A DNA stretch of 50,400 nucleotides from Callorhinchus milii (Eukaryota). The position numbers and the translations under genes were made by a program. The notes under the pieces were generated by a model, which was not told the DNA's origin, ran no database searches, and was given only the letters and a program-made list of their open reading frames with translations. Positions 24,601 to 39,600 of this stretch are shown one piece after another. Position 1 is the first letter of the stretch, and each line of letters starts with the position of its first letter. The stretch is from positions 1 to 50,400 of the forward strand of contig NW_024705378.1 of assembly GCF_018977255.1 (NCBI RefSeq), written 5' to 3'.

Positions 24601-27600
24601 ATGCGGGTCGATATCCGCCCTTCCAGAGTATCCACTTGGACCCCGTTGGTCCTGCACTACCGGATATTGGATCCGAATCGCATTCGTCGCACACAAGCTC
24701 GTAAAGGACAAACGCTCGTGAATAGAGATCGTAGTCTTAACTTATGTAAACTCGTTTCTTGGGAGCTAAGCACGCAACTGTGCCTGGGCGTGCTTATCGA
24801 AATTACGAACGCCACATGAAATACGACATGATCCATCGTCGTGTGGAACGGCGTCATAATCCCTACAAACGTCGCACTCTGAGCTCTACGGTGGATGGCC
24901 ATTGTGGCCACGCTAGTAAGACGGTTGTAGTAGTAGAGCGTGTAGGTGACTTCTATACAGGAGATGGACACAATAGTCCGTCCCCTAGGGTGCACTGGTC
25001 CGATGAACACTAGACAAGTTAGAGAGCGAGGCATCACCGGAATCTCTGCACCCCGCAGCCTGTGCGCGAAGGTCCGCCGATTTGTGCAGGATGCCAGTAA
25101 CGTGTTAGCACCCAGATACATAATGGTGCCCCTGGCCTATACCTTGTGGCCATTGGGTTAATCCTCCCAATACCGGATGAGATTAATTCGAAGCAAACGT
25201 ATGTTATCGTAACTGGTCTACGGTGTATCTTACATAGAAAATCGATATTGACTTGTAGTACACACAGCCCCGATTGACCGCGTGTAACTACACTCTTGAC
25301 TGAAACGGCAGGCGAAGGGCCCGTGAGCAGATAGGAAACAAGTGCGATAAATATGTTAATCACTCTTGTCCGCCCGTTGCGGGTTCCTGTATGATAGGAG
25401 TACCCAGAACTGACTGCAATAACACGCTAGCGAACAGAAATGCCTTCCAGTTTATCGCTACACAAGCAACGTACGTCTTCCCATACATAGTGGAAGCGCA
25501 AACGAGAACAGCGGTAGCCCACAGACGTTGAATCTAAGAGAATTTACATACGTGAGATCCCGTAGAGAGACATGAGGTTACGCCGATCGGCGACATATTT
25601 GGGATTTCGTCAAAGGCCCAAAATGACTTGGGGAGCTTTTGTACTAGCCGACGTTTTATAAGGACAATGAGGAGCCCAGCTAGTGCCATAGGATCGCAAA
25701 GCTCCCGCCTCTCCGGGAAACGAGCGCTCGAATTTTCGAACGGGCTGTATGAAGTCGGGACCCCAGGAGGACTGAAATACTTAGCGTGTCTCCATCCCGG
25801 TGTTTCTAACGGGGTAATTGCGAGTTTTTCCATCATGTAATTACCAGATGGAGAAACCATACATTCAAGATAGAGGCACCTCTCACCGCGGTATGCACCT
25901 TTACGTAATAGTCCAGTTCACTTCACGTACACATACCCTACTGGACAAGAAGCAACAAATCCAGCCCATTGTTCTGCTCCCTTCCTTCAACCAGGAGAGT
26001 CGGACCTTTATCTAAAAAACGGACACTTAATAGCGCTCTTTAGCAGGAGAGATCGTTCATAACTTAGATCTCTAGAAAGTTTTGCATGAATTGCCTGTAT
26101 AAGCCAACCCCACCTAGTCCTAACTGACGCTACAAAACTTAAGTAGAGATGCGTAAGAGTTACGAGGGGTCATCAGGAAGGTATTAGTACAAAAATTCCC
26201 GGTGGATGGAGGGTTACGGATCTAACCTTGATCACGAGGTGCTTTCGTCGTAATACTCCCCGACTTAGCTTGAATCGAAGCGCAGAGTTCGGGGTATTAT
26301 ACGTTGGGTTTTGTCGCTAAACTGGACTTTGGACGAACTTAGGCTGAGTAACAGTAGTGGTCAAGGAGCTTAGCCTGCATTCCTATGGCGATAACTTGGA
26401 AGTACTTGAGCAATTGGCTCTACACCCGTTAGGTACGCCAGATGCCGGGCGCGGCCCATGGGGGCGTGCGCCCACATATTGTTTCATGGGAGTCCCGAAG
26501 TATCATCTTACCGTTGCTACCCGAGTTCGTGGTAGTCGGCAAGTAAGTTTAGTTACCTTATATAGGAGATTGGAGCAGGGAATTCGCAACTGAGTAACGT
26601 ATACGATGCCGGGGTGAGTAGTGTAAGAATTGTGGTTTACACTGCATGCTCATCTGAATACGTAGGGATAGACGTCGTATCGGGCAGACGTTAATCGATG
26701 CTGGTATCGAAAATTTAGAGTCACCCGAACGAGTGTGCACATCTCCCCATGGGCAAGACCGCAACGGGGCGAATTTCCGCTAGACACAGCAATGAGTCGG
26801 AGGCTAGGCTGTCCCCATGTTTAAGACAGACTGAACAAGTCTGGCGTAAGCCCTAACGTCGGGGACAATCCCGTGCCCATGATGAATACAATTATAGGAG
26901 ACTCGTGCGCTGACAGAAACTACTCGTGGGCTTTTAGAGTTATATCGTACAAATCTTCCTTAGTTATTGGAGCGCCATTGACAAAGTCCTCTACCGTCAG
27001 CATTTAAAACTAATAAGCGTGGCCGAACGGGTACGTCAATTATTTTTGGCAATTCCGCGTTGCCTCACGCGTTTTACGATCAAGGCACATTTCGGACAAA
27101 CAGACAACTCACTCGGGAGCGCACGGATGATTAATCGCAGTATCCCGATCAGGATACTGTATCCTACGATTCAGCAGACGGTACTAAGTGAGTCTACCTA
27201 ATGTGGATATGCCGGGCTAGGGGAGAGTGTGTGCGGTGTAGGTAGCACGATGAGGATCTTGTACCTAATTGCTAGCCTACCTCGTAGACAATAACCAGGA
27301 AGTGAGTGAACTTGATACATGGCACTGAATTCGAAGCAACGAAGAAGACGGAGGACACCGAAACGGGTTAGCGAAACTCATAGCGCCCTATAAAATCTAT
27401 AATTCGGAGGGCCACTCTGACTCCATCCGTGTCCAACGTCGCATCACTCAATTACGCTTATACTCTTTCCTGCATCCACTTGGAGAACCTTCAGAAAGCG
27501 GCCACTGTCTAGCATTGACCGGCTTCTAGAACTAACCGCTTACCGGCACGGTGTATAAAGGGATTTTGTATGGGCGCGATTAGGCTAAGGCAATATTCTC

Positions 27601-30600
27601 TGAGGCACTTTTAACTCTTCCAAGACGGCCGTACTTGGTTGGATCTTACAGTTACAGCATTGTTCGGCAGCCTCAGAAACGTCTCCCCAAATCTCCATGA
27701 GGATTGCGCGATTCAGACAATAAGAAGAATGGTCACTATGCAGGCAATGTAGTTACCGATACACATTAGACCCAAGCCAAGACGTCATGTATACCGCTCT
27801 AGTTAGGCATAGTGATACCGGCACTTGAACGATCTACAACCTGTCGCTAGGGGTAACTTCCAACAGGTGACTAGGTCCTATGTGAATGCAACGTGTGAGC
27901 CTTGGTCTCCTGCAACGCGGGTACTACCGAGCGCTCAAGCATTACTGTCCCTTGTGCTGCCCCACTATTGGATTTTACAAAAGGTGCCAAGAACTACCCC
28001 ACGACATTAACCAGGGACGCCGTCGTAAGCACTTCCAACAGTTAGATTAATCAGACAATACAGGGATCCTTAAATATCGGCCTAATAAGTGCTTGCGTGG
28101 TAATCGTGACCGCACAAGCATTGGCAGAAGAGTCTCTGAGTTTGTCCGATGTCGGCAGCGTCACCGGTCATGTATATGTATGCTCGCTCCATGATGCGAG
28201 TCTGCGGTCCAGTCGGGTTACCAGGTAGCCCACAATTGCTACTTTCGGCACAAACATTGCAGTGAAATGAGTGTAGTAAGGCTGGTGCGGCTCTCTACGC
28301 GGAGATGATATTTATAACTGGATAAGGACTCTGCTTAGGAAATAGTTGTCCCCCTCCATCCCCAATGGAGGTTGTGATCGACAGGCCGCAAGTTGGTCAA
28401 ACCAGGCGTTGCCCAACATGGATTTCCCCTGGGCCCCAGCTCGGCCTTCTCGAGTTCATAAGACTGCTGAGGGGTCATTGTCAACGGATTGTCGATACAA
28501 AGGGTTACAGACAGGTCGTTAGTATACGAATTCGTAAGGTCTATGCGTGAATCTAACGGCTTGCCTATCGATTAGTATTCGATCCGCATTTGACCGAGTA
28601 CGCTGGAGTACCTGGCACATGACGTCTTGTCGTCTGTGCCGTGCGAGGAGTGTTACCAACCATGAAGAACTAAGTCTGGTGACATGGCGGATAGCAGAAC
28701 TCCTGACCCACCGTTCGTGTGATGCAGATGTTACTAACCGACGGACCTAGGACATCGAATAGTCCACGTCATAGAAAATGTGTGCAGCACTGATTAAAGT
28801 TCGGGTTTGCACGTACCGGTCTCGTGATGATAACCCTTCTGTTTTGAGCACATAACGCGCTTGGCATCATGAGACACGTCGGCATTACGCGCCGCCGGCC
28901 ACCTTTAACTCGTTCGGGAACTATGGACAGCCTTGTCTAACAAGGATACCTTATATTTCGTGTCCGCGGGTCTTGAAAGGCGGAAGTGATTATGGACCCA
29001 GTATTCCGAATCGTACATACTTAGCAGGAGGACTTAACTTGGAGATACTGGTAGAGGCGCCGCAGGGGCGACCCTTCACTACGAGTGTCGGCTCTATTAC
29101 GTATTTCTGCGTGACTGGAGCTTATTGTGCAGCCCGTTCTTCAGCTCAGTTAACCTACAGGCTCGATAACCTAGTTCGTGGTAATAAGGACTCCGCTGAG
29201 GGGCCTAGGACCCTGCAATATAAGTTTATGACCCGATAAGTGCTGTTATACGTCCCCTGTTGTTGACAAGCATCTATTAGTCGCGCGTGTCACAAGGGCG
29301 CCATTCAAGTGTAAACCGCCCAGCCAAGTAGGCCGTGCCCACCAATGATCGGGTGTCGCTAGTTGACTTCAGCCAGCAGTTGGCTCGCTGCGGAAATCCC
29401 TTAGTGCATTGTCGCGATCCTGCCTGGCATACCTTTTGCCCTGCGGAGAGCAGTTCGTCAGGCAGTTCGCTAACATTCGCACATCTCATGTCTTTATGGG
29501 AGGTTCCACCTCGAAACAGCGCGGATAGGCACGGAACTAAGCTCGACTTAGCGGAGCTTTTAGTTCCGGTTACTCGAGCACAGACGCCCCTAACCGAGTG
29601 CACTCTATTCGGTGCTGTGTCTGGTTGTTCCTGGTCGATGGGCTGAACCGGGGCTCGACCCTCTACCAAGAGTTAGGGAGTCGGGTGCCCGCATCCCCGC
29701 GAAAGCACAGGTCAAACGGCAATTTACCTCTAGCAAACCGTGATGATCGACCCGGGGTTCTGGATTAGGCTAAAAGATGGTCACGTCGTGTAATTAGTTT
29801 GCTAGTCCCCTACCCAGGCACCGCTCATCCTACGCGAAGAAATACTCGTAATCTACTCGAGGTCACAAGTGCGAGCACATTGGTACGCTACTGAAAACGC
29901 AGGCGAATAGATGGGCGTTGATTGGTCGACACCAAAGGCAACTGCAGCAGCACGACTGGCATCCTGATGGTTAATCAGAAGAGCCCATCGTTAGATACGT
30001 AGTCGGCCTAGTCTTCGTTATCTGTATAAGGCTCATACTTGAGAAGGATTGCCTCTGAGCTGTGGCCTGATTTATGCGTCGTACCTTCTTGCAGTTAGAG
30101 GCTCCTGTAAACAGTAGATAGTGGCAAACATTGGACATCTCCCCTAGCGTACAAAGCGCACAGAATTTGAGCGATAGACGGAATCGGCTGGGCCGGGAGG
30201 TATATAGAGTATAGAGCAAACCGCAGTGAGCAAGGTATGGCGGAAGGGCTAACGTCATCCCATCTCCTCCCCGTTCGATAAAGGAACACCAAGGTTATTG
30301 GGCAGAGGCGCATAGTGACCAATCTTACAAACTCTCCCTCCGTAAAGTGTTTAGCAGCCGGAATTTAGTTTTTGATGAATGGTTCGATCCCGTTGTCTCT
30401 GTACTGCTTACGAATGGGCTATTTAATTTACGGACGGATGGTTTCTTGTTCATCCCTTCGTGAGGGCCAACTTCTAGCCTTAGTATGACCACAGATCCCG
30501 CGAAGTACTGGTCATTCTTCTGACTAGACGTACGGTCAACGGACTTGCGTAGTGTTCCCGCATTCTTAGAGCGTTCCACAGCTATGGCTAAAGGTGCACC

Positions 30601-33600
30601 CAACACAGGGCGTCGGAAGTGATTCTGATTTTCGGGGCCTGAGATTCGCAATTACACGACGAAATGATCAATGGAGGTCAAAGTGAGGCGCGCGAGTGAT
30701 CCACGCAACGGTCTGAGAACTGGCTGGCTGAGAACATATGGATGTGCCCCCGTCTGCCGCACTCGCTACCAATACAGTAACCACCGGGAGAATTAAAACT
30801 TTAAAGTACTTTCAGGATATGAAGGTCCACCAGGATCGATCAAGCCATGTTGGATGACGACACCGAAAGAAGCTCACAGAAAAATATTAATTCGAACAAG
30901 GGTGTGTTAAGGTTTTTGAGTCACTGATAGAACCCGACTTATATGGTCGGTGTGCAAACGAACTCTGCACAGCCTTCTATCTTTAAAGCTAGTCCCGTAG
31001 GATAAATGCGTCGACTCGCATGCGTAGAACCTGCGCCGCGAATACATTTGCTGTATCGGTGGATCGGACAAAGTCTTGCAGCGGAATTATATCCCGGGGA
31101 GTATAGTGTCCATCGTAACGCGATATTGTCTTTGTGCAGGAGTCTTGTTTGTATAACGTGAGATCAGTCTCAAGATGCCCATTATAGCAGGAGCAATGAT
31201 AACGATGAGATTGCAGGGGTTAGCAGTTAATCCGCGCAAATGCCTTGGGGCAGGGATGTCTTATTCTTGCGTCGACATTCCTTGTAAAAACTTCGGCACA
31301 GCAGCCCCAACTCAAGCGTCTTCCTTGGTTAATGGCTATCATGGGTTTTGGATTTGTTATGGGCCTATTAATAAAGTGCTTAAGTATAGCGCTGGATTTC
31401 GAGGCCGCGCTTGCTTCGTAAATGCTTCGCAACTGTGTAATACGTCCTGCAGCGAGTTTCATTTTGCAACTGCACAGGTTCGTACTTCGTGTAAGATCAT
31501 GTCGTGACCTGCAGCGCCCCGCTCAGCCTAGGGACGCACTGGGGATAGCCTTTACCACCGGCATTCGTCGAGAGGATTACTTGTATCAGGGAACATAACG
31601 TTTGAATGGTTACTTAATCACGTAGTCATAAGCCACAACCGAACGTCTGATACCAGAAACCCACGCGCCCATCTTATGTTAGTCACTACACACATCAAAA
31701 CAATGTCTCCGCCCTCTACTAAAGTCCGCGTCCCGGGGGCCTGCGCCACACGGGAGGGCTGTGGCGAATGATCCCAGAGGCCGGGGCCAGTTCAAAGGCC
31801 GCGCTGATCAGCTTGGACGGCGTTCCCCTCATGGTTATTAAACTACCTCCGTAATAGCTAACAGAAAACATCGAACTGCGTTAAACCCTCATGGGGGTCT
31901 TTCTCCTGACACAAACGACATAACACGCATGGCCTCTAAGAATGACCGTAAGCTCTTGGGACGATAGCCATACCATAGACGAGGCGATAAGCATATGCTT
32001 AATTCTGACCAGAGTCTTATCCCAGATCCGCAGTAACTGGGGCAGATTAGTTGATCGGATTTGAATATACAAACGTGCGGGCTCTATAAAGAAGTAATGT
32101 GAATAGCGAAAGACCAATATACATCGACCACGTAGAGTAGTGGACTAGATATCCACACGTATGCCGGCAGATCCCTCGAGGCTTCATTAGCACATGTTGT
32201 GGCTAAGCGAGTACAGAGTTTCGATGAGCCTCCGGAAATATATGGATATTTTAGATAGGTAGCGGGGAAGTCGAATTGACACGGCAATAAGATGTACTAC
32301 CGAGTTCACAATACGGCAACTCATCCCGGCCACTATGAAATCGGTATTTGACATTCAATACCTAGGACACTGTGGTTACTTAATCCCGATCCGCTGGCTT
32401 CAACGTATACTGAAGCTTCTGTGGACTGACAAGAGTTATTATCTCCATTCCGCAACGCACACCAAATGCAGCGATAAATGAAACTTACATTAAGCCACCC
32501 CGGATGCGACAGCGATGCCAAATCCTCGATTCTACATCATGGTGCCTTATAGAATACATGACTTGGTGACTGGGTGGCGATCTTATGTAACGCATTTCAT
32601 CACTAAACAGTCTACAGGGCTACTAATGAATTACAAACGATATTATTAAGTCTGAAAGGCTACATACTTATTAATCGGCGGCAACAATGTATACCTTCGG
32701 CAGTCTAAAGCATGTAACACCCACCGGCGGAAGAAATAGAGATTAACACCAGTATCCCCAAAAACGACTTCAAGAATTATCCGCGGGTGGGTTAGCAGCA
32801 ATCGACAAGAATTAACCTGAGCGGATTGCCGGGTCAGAGGTAGGCAAGCCTAGGTCGGTCGCAGCAAGTTTCCATCATAGTTCTTTGAACAGGATCTCAG
32901 TTGTCCATCCTGACGGCAAATCGACCATGACTTTACGTTCTAGTATGTCAGGGAAGTTCAGCTCGTTAGCCGCATTAACGGATATGTCCACATCGGTCGG
33001 CTGTGACAAGACTCTACAGAAAAAGCTAGGCGCTGTTCATGGGATCATGTCTTTTCATAATAACGTGCGAGTTGTGGGATAGGTCTATCCATTTCTAGCG
33101 GACCTTGTGTTTTGATACATCGTTGTTGTTCCCCGGGTCTTCCTATTAATAGTTGAGGAGCCAAATACTCCCTCGGACCCGACGTCTATATACCGGGATA
33201 CCCGGACGCGATTTAAAGAAAACATATATTGGGGTTTTAAGGTTAGATACGCAGCAATGCCGCAGGCGCATGTCACTTCCCTTTCCCGAATTTAAAGACA
33301 ATGTGAGCCCCGCACGCGTCAGGCCACACATCTACCTTGAAGACGGGCCGTAGTGAACTACTGGGCTTAATAGTTGCGAAAAATAAGTTTGTTCCACATA
33401 AGTACGCAAATCTAACATGGCTTAACTCCTGGCATTTCTACAAATATTAGTCCACACTACTCAGCCCACTTATTGCGCTGTTTGTGAGGACCTCCTATTC
33501 TGCACGCTAACAGTAGAACCAATTACGGCACATGCCTGGGCTCTGCATGGTTCGACTGTAAGGATGTTAGAAGACCTTCCTCCATACTCAGGTGCTGATG

Positions 33601-36600
33601 CAACGTTCGGCTAATGTGACGCTACTTTGCACAGTTCGGAGATCTGATTTCAACTGAAAAATCCGGTCTTGGTAAGGAACTTACGCATGACGGCCATCCG
33701 CAATCTCAACAGACGGCGTGTATTTCAACAACCATGACAATATCGGTCGCAGTCATTGGAAACTTGGGACAAGAGTTCGGTGAGTATACGGCGGAGTCCG
33801 TCATAGCCATGTCATGGCCTTAGGTTGCTGTCTCATGAAATGCAGCAGTCCAGTGTTTCCTATAGTCATCTCAAAGTCCAGGAACATCTTTAACATACGG
33901 TGTTGGCGTAGCGGCGGCGCTCACGGGAGTGGACTCGCACTAACGAACTCTTTAGATCCTATTTCCCACTGATAGTAAGGGGCGTGCCGACTCCGAAAGA
34001 AGCACTCACCACCGCGGGTTAACCGATTTGTCTTGAACCATCGACTTTGCTCATCTAGCTAATAATCCTTGTTATAAGGGAAGTCCGCTAAATTCCGGAA
34101 GCCCCTGCATCTCACGGTCAATTACACCATAAACAGCCCACGCCTATTTTAGGTACCGAGCCTGCACGCGCGACGAACGGATCCTTGATTTACGCCGAAG
34201 GACTCGAAATGAAACTTCAACGACAAACTCACGTCTCAGCTGAGATCTTGCAGACCGTTACACGCTCGCTCATTTCGCTAGCTTGCTCTAGGCCTGAGAC
34301 AACGGACTCCCGTCAGGTACAGTACATTCTGATTATAGTAAGGTTAGCTTACGGAGAGGCTATAGTGATTCAAAACAAAAATGGGCAAGCCATAAGGGCC
34401 ATTAAATACAGTAAGTTTTCCGACAAATGAGGGATATATGATACTACCGTATATCACGTTTGCCGAGCGTTGGATTCCGACGAAACGTTACTAAGTTCCG
34501 ACATCTGCAAATAATCCCTATTTCACTATCAAATAGCCTGCCCACGACGGGCGCCTAAACGCAGTCGCGACATTAGACAGAAGAAGTGCCACCGTAGAGC
34601 TAAGTAGGTTCAACCAGCATAGGCATAGCGTATACGTAGCTTCGGCGCATAGACTCCACCACGTAAGTGGTAACTTTCCTTTTTCGCCCAGAAACACTCA
34701 GGGGCTTTGGGGCTAATATTGTGGGGCAGTATGTGCACATGCGTTTTAAGATTGTCCATATTCGTCAGAAATCCAGTACTGCATACTGCCATGCAATAAC
34801 TAAATAAAATAAATTGCTTATTAAGAATTGGGACGAGGGCTGACAGGTGTCAGGGGGGTCGATTGTAGCTATCGAAACCTTTGGTTTACAAATGGTCTAG
34901 TAATCCGATTGTAAATGCCGAAACCTCACCATTATCTACGATTCAGCCGTTGTTGGGATCGGGCATCCGTAATTCAGACAAGGGGACACCTGTATGTTTA
35001 CGCTGAGGTCCCTCACAAAGAGTGTTGTCTTTTGACCTGGAGGGTAAGTAAATTAGTAATTTGCATTGATAGTCGCGATCGTAGAACTGAATACGCCTAG
35101 CACTGGTTTTCTATGAAAAGAGTCTACGATTAGGTCTCTTTCAAAGCCGAAGCTGTGACATCATACCATGTCGCGTTTGAGCTTGATGGGCGCATTCGTT
35201 GTAACTTCTCACGGCTATAACGCGCCCACACATAACCGGGCCCCAGTGTCGTCAAGTTGTACCACACGAGCGTTAAATAATTCACTCCGCCCCTGATTAC
35301 TTAAGTCCCAATATTGGCGTCTACTTTAACCTGACGTTACACGAGATCGTCATGGGGTGCAAAGCTATCTATTGAATAATCAAACTATGACCAAAAGGGT
35401 CCCCAGAAGACCTAACGAATGCCCTCTGTTCTATAACCTGCCAAAGTCAGTCCTCGCACGCTATAGACAAGGATAATGGACTGTTGACGTGAGAGTGTGG
35501 TAACCAGAGAGGTAAGAGGGTTCCAGAAGCGCATACTTGAAAACCGTGTGACGGCAAGAAATCGGAGAATACCGACGACGGGCGGCAAATGCCGCGCCAC
35601 TAGCCAGAAAAATAGTAAGTTAGTAAAGGAAACACCTTAATTCATCATGTTCACGCCTAAGGTGGGCAGCGGGAAGTCTAGAAAGCGTATTCTTCGGGAA
35701 AACAAGCGACCGGCGGCGACAGATCGTGCAGGCACCGATAAGTGGTCCGTAGCAATACCATAGTGCGGCTAAGTAGGGGGCCTCGCTATGCACTACAGAT
35801 CCCTTAAAATGTAGACCATCCGCGAGATCCCAGGTAAAAGCATGAAGAGCGAAGCAGCCTTTATAGTCGTGGATAGCGCTCAATTCGTGCTCAGTTCAGC
35901 GTAAGATAGTGTGTGAGGCTCATTCATGGTAAGCTACTCCAATTTTAGGATCCCTTCGATTGTAAAACCGTCGGAGTAAGGCCCGGTGCTGATGAACTAC
36001 AGTGTATGATACGACCCAGCAGAACGCAACACATCGCAAGGGTTACGTGGTAGACTAGTTAAATTCACACCTCGTTCTGTTGACTTTGAGGTTTATCGGG
36101 GCTCACCCAGGCGCAGGGACCGTTCAGTACTCAAGGACCTGATGTCTGTGGTTTATCGATCATTACAGGCTACCATAGGAATCCAATAAGTCACGACCTG
36201 ACGGTTAAAGTGTGATACAGCAGGTACCATGCACCCTTTCCTCGAATAGGGTTTAAGACGGTTAATATCGCCAGCTGAAAGGACATAGCGGGAGTTCGGG
36301 AATCCAGTCGTAAACGGTCTCCGTTTGCCTCGTCGTTTCTATCATTAAGATGAGCGTAGTGCACGCTCCACCTTTCTCACTCATACACAACACCGGCACT
36401 ACCTTGTTAAGCCGCCGACGTATAGGGACATAAGATAGGACGTCGAGAGAATGAAGCAGACGACTAATGAGAGCATACTGTTGAGTCGCCAGTGTTGTAG
36501 GGAACCGTCGAATTGAAACTTGTTGTAGGGTTAGTCGTATCCTGGTACGGTTAAAACCTTCACGTGCCGTCCAAGGGAAGTAAGTCGAAAGTCTGTGGCG

Positions 36601-39600
36601 ATAGCAGTAATAATTCGTGGTGGAACGCATCGTGCCATATTATACGACTTGCTGCGGCTTGATGAATACATCGAAGTTCCTGAAAGCAGCTGTCTGGGCC
36701 CAACTCATCACAAGACTTTCAAATTTATCGTCTTACTGAGGAAACGCATTGGGAGATGGCACGCCGTTCCTCAGGGCATGGTATGTTAGCTGCTCCAACT
36801 CGTGGGTCTTAGCAAGAACAGTCTCCCCTATTGTAAGGATAGTACAGCGCGTAGGAACGCAGTAGGTGTTCTCACTGACGAATCCACGAGTTATCTGTAT
36901 GCGCTGTTATTAGCAAGACTAAATATGCATAGAGCAACATCGAATTACAGCGGTATTAGAGATAAGAACAATAAGACAAGTGACAATTTCGGGAGGAAAA
37001 GGCTTGACAATGGACGGTTGCACCCATGTAGCAGGCCTCTTCTGTTTCCCACACTCCGGTCACGCCGTGAACCCTACGGCAGATGGAGAGGGGTGGCGGG
37101 TAATATCCACCGCTGTCTCAGAAGGGTTCGACTGTGAGTCAACCGAGCTACTATCTGTGTAGAAAGCGGGCACTGAGCATAAAGTGTGGTACCAAGGTGC
37201 GATAATGTGGGATAGACTGTCGTTGTGGAATCATTATTATGATATCGCACTAAGTTCCACACGTCTTGTCTACGCTTCCACAGCGTTCGGTGGGGTTGCG
37301 GAAGTTACTCAGTAGGAGGCCATGAATCCTTCACGTGGGGCGCGGAGATCGATCATGGAACTAGAGAGGAGGATACAAGCTGAGGTCCCACTTCCGGATT
37401 ATTGCTAACGAATGCGGTCTAGGCACCCGCCATGGATGCGCGACGCCCGCAGTTAGAAAGTTTGGGACGCGGACCGTAATATGAGCGCGACAAAGGACGA
37501 TTGCGAGGGGCGGCACAATGTGTACAGAGTCTTCTAAGCGGATGACTAAAACACTGCATTTTATGCCAAAGCTCAAGGATCACGTAGGTTGGATACTTTT
37601 CGATCCGCAACAGAGGGTATCTAACACTATTTTAGACTTACTTACCTTCCGCACGCACAGAGCGTTAGAAACGGATTCAGAACACTCGCTGACTAAGCGG
37701 AGCTAGTTTGTTTCAGGTGATAAGTCTCCAGGTCTTCATCGACTACGCACGAAACGTCCTATCTATTGTCAACAAATAGTAGTTCCAAGAGCCAACTTGC
37801 TAGTAGTGCGCACAAGTGCCTGATCCGGCTCACAGCCGGCAGCATTCGGAGGCCAAGGAGTGCTAGCACTCTTTTCCAGCAGCTGGTTCGAGCGGCTTAC
37901 AGAGCTCACAAGACCAAAACCCAAGCTAGTGCCACCTGGCTGTGTCGCGTATTCCCGCGTTAGTCTCGCCACAGCGTTCGACGGGAACCTGCCCATCCCG
38001 GTTTGCCCGCGCATTTCCGTCCAGTGTACCGTTGGGCGATCACTTGATTCGCGCAGCTGACCCACCGTATTCCTAAAAGTCCTACACAAAGCTGACCGTG
38101 ATCTTCAGAGACATATGGGAAAGCCTTGGGCCCCTCACTGCACTTCTAGACGATGAATGTAGGGAGTGAACAAAAAAGGCTATTACGTCATATGATAGAT
38201 TGACACCGCTGAGGTAAAACGGGTAAGCAATTAGTGGCGATGTAGGAAAGGTAGTAACTAATGAAAGTGGTGTTCCAGGGTAGCTGCTCGGGCCAAACCA
38301 TCTGAGTTGATCAATCTCTAATCCCCATTAACCTGTCTGGTTCCAAATTTTGACCGATGCTGTCGAGCCTTAGAAATTGTGCGTCTATACTCGCTCGGTT
38401 ACAGGCTGCGCAGAGTTAGTGACCTAGTGAAAGTTATCGTAATCCACCCCTGTGCTCAAAAGACGGGTGTATACTTGGTGCCCTGTCCCCGCCCGACATG
38501 TCTTTGGGTAGTACTACAGAAGGTTCGTCGCAAGCAAGTTTGTTATGCGCTTCAAACATCGGAAGGAACGGAAGTTGATCTAAATCTCCTCGCACAAAGG
38601 CAAGTTCTGACCAGGAAACTAACAACCTGGAGGGGGATGGAGGTACCCCGATCGGGTCACTCTCTTTGAACAGAGAGATCACGATTTGTAAGGGCTATTC
38701 AAGTAGTTTAATGGTCAGGGATAAATTCAATTCGTGAGTATGCACAATTTCACCGATATCCACTGGAAAGTTATGCTACCTACCGCTTAGGCCTGGAGCC
38801 ACAAGATCAGATAGCTGTATATACCAGGTAACACATCAGAGACTCTTGACGGTGAGACGGATGTACATAGCCCGATTGCTGAGCCGATTCGTGTGTTAAA
38901 CTGCATTGGGTGGCACACAGATTGGGCCTGTTGATATACTAATGTCGGGAGTGTCCGGGCACACCAACAGGTGTAGGCCGCTTGAGTTAAGAGTTTCGAT
39001 TGTAACGCTGAGCAATCTGGGTCTACTACAAGCACGCTATAGTTTGGCCCGATGTGATATTGGATTGTGTCTGCGGATCCTGGTAGGCAACCCCGTGAAG
39101 CTGCCGACGGTGAGCGTATTGGATCGCAGATCCAAGTACCCAACACCGTCGAACTTCCAGAAACAGTAATTTCCGAGGATAGACTTCCTTAGTACGGCAT
39201 GGTACCAACCCGATTCTGAGTAGTCCGAGAAGCGTTTAGCAAGAGAAAGGAGTATTTCAGGATTGCACAGGGACGCCACGTAAAAATTTCAGAATGATGA
39301 TAGACCCATTCGTAAACGACGGATCGGTAAATTATATTGAGTGAAATACTATAGCTGGCGGAACCAACTACAGGGAAACATATACCAAATCGGACTTGTC
39401 ATTTGAATTTGGAATACGAGGGTTATAAGTCAATATAAGGTCTGACAAGCCCGTCGAAGTGAATGAGTGGGCCAAACTAAGACTAGTCCCACGAATACAA
39501 CGATCTAAATTAGGGACTAACCGCACCCAGCTGTTGACTGCTCCAATCAAAAGCGGGGGGGCTACATCTTATTAGACGCAGTCGCGCTTCCAAAACAGTC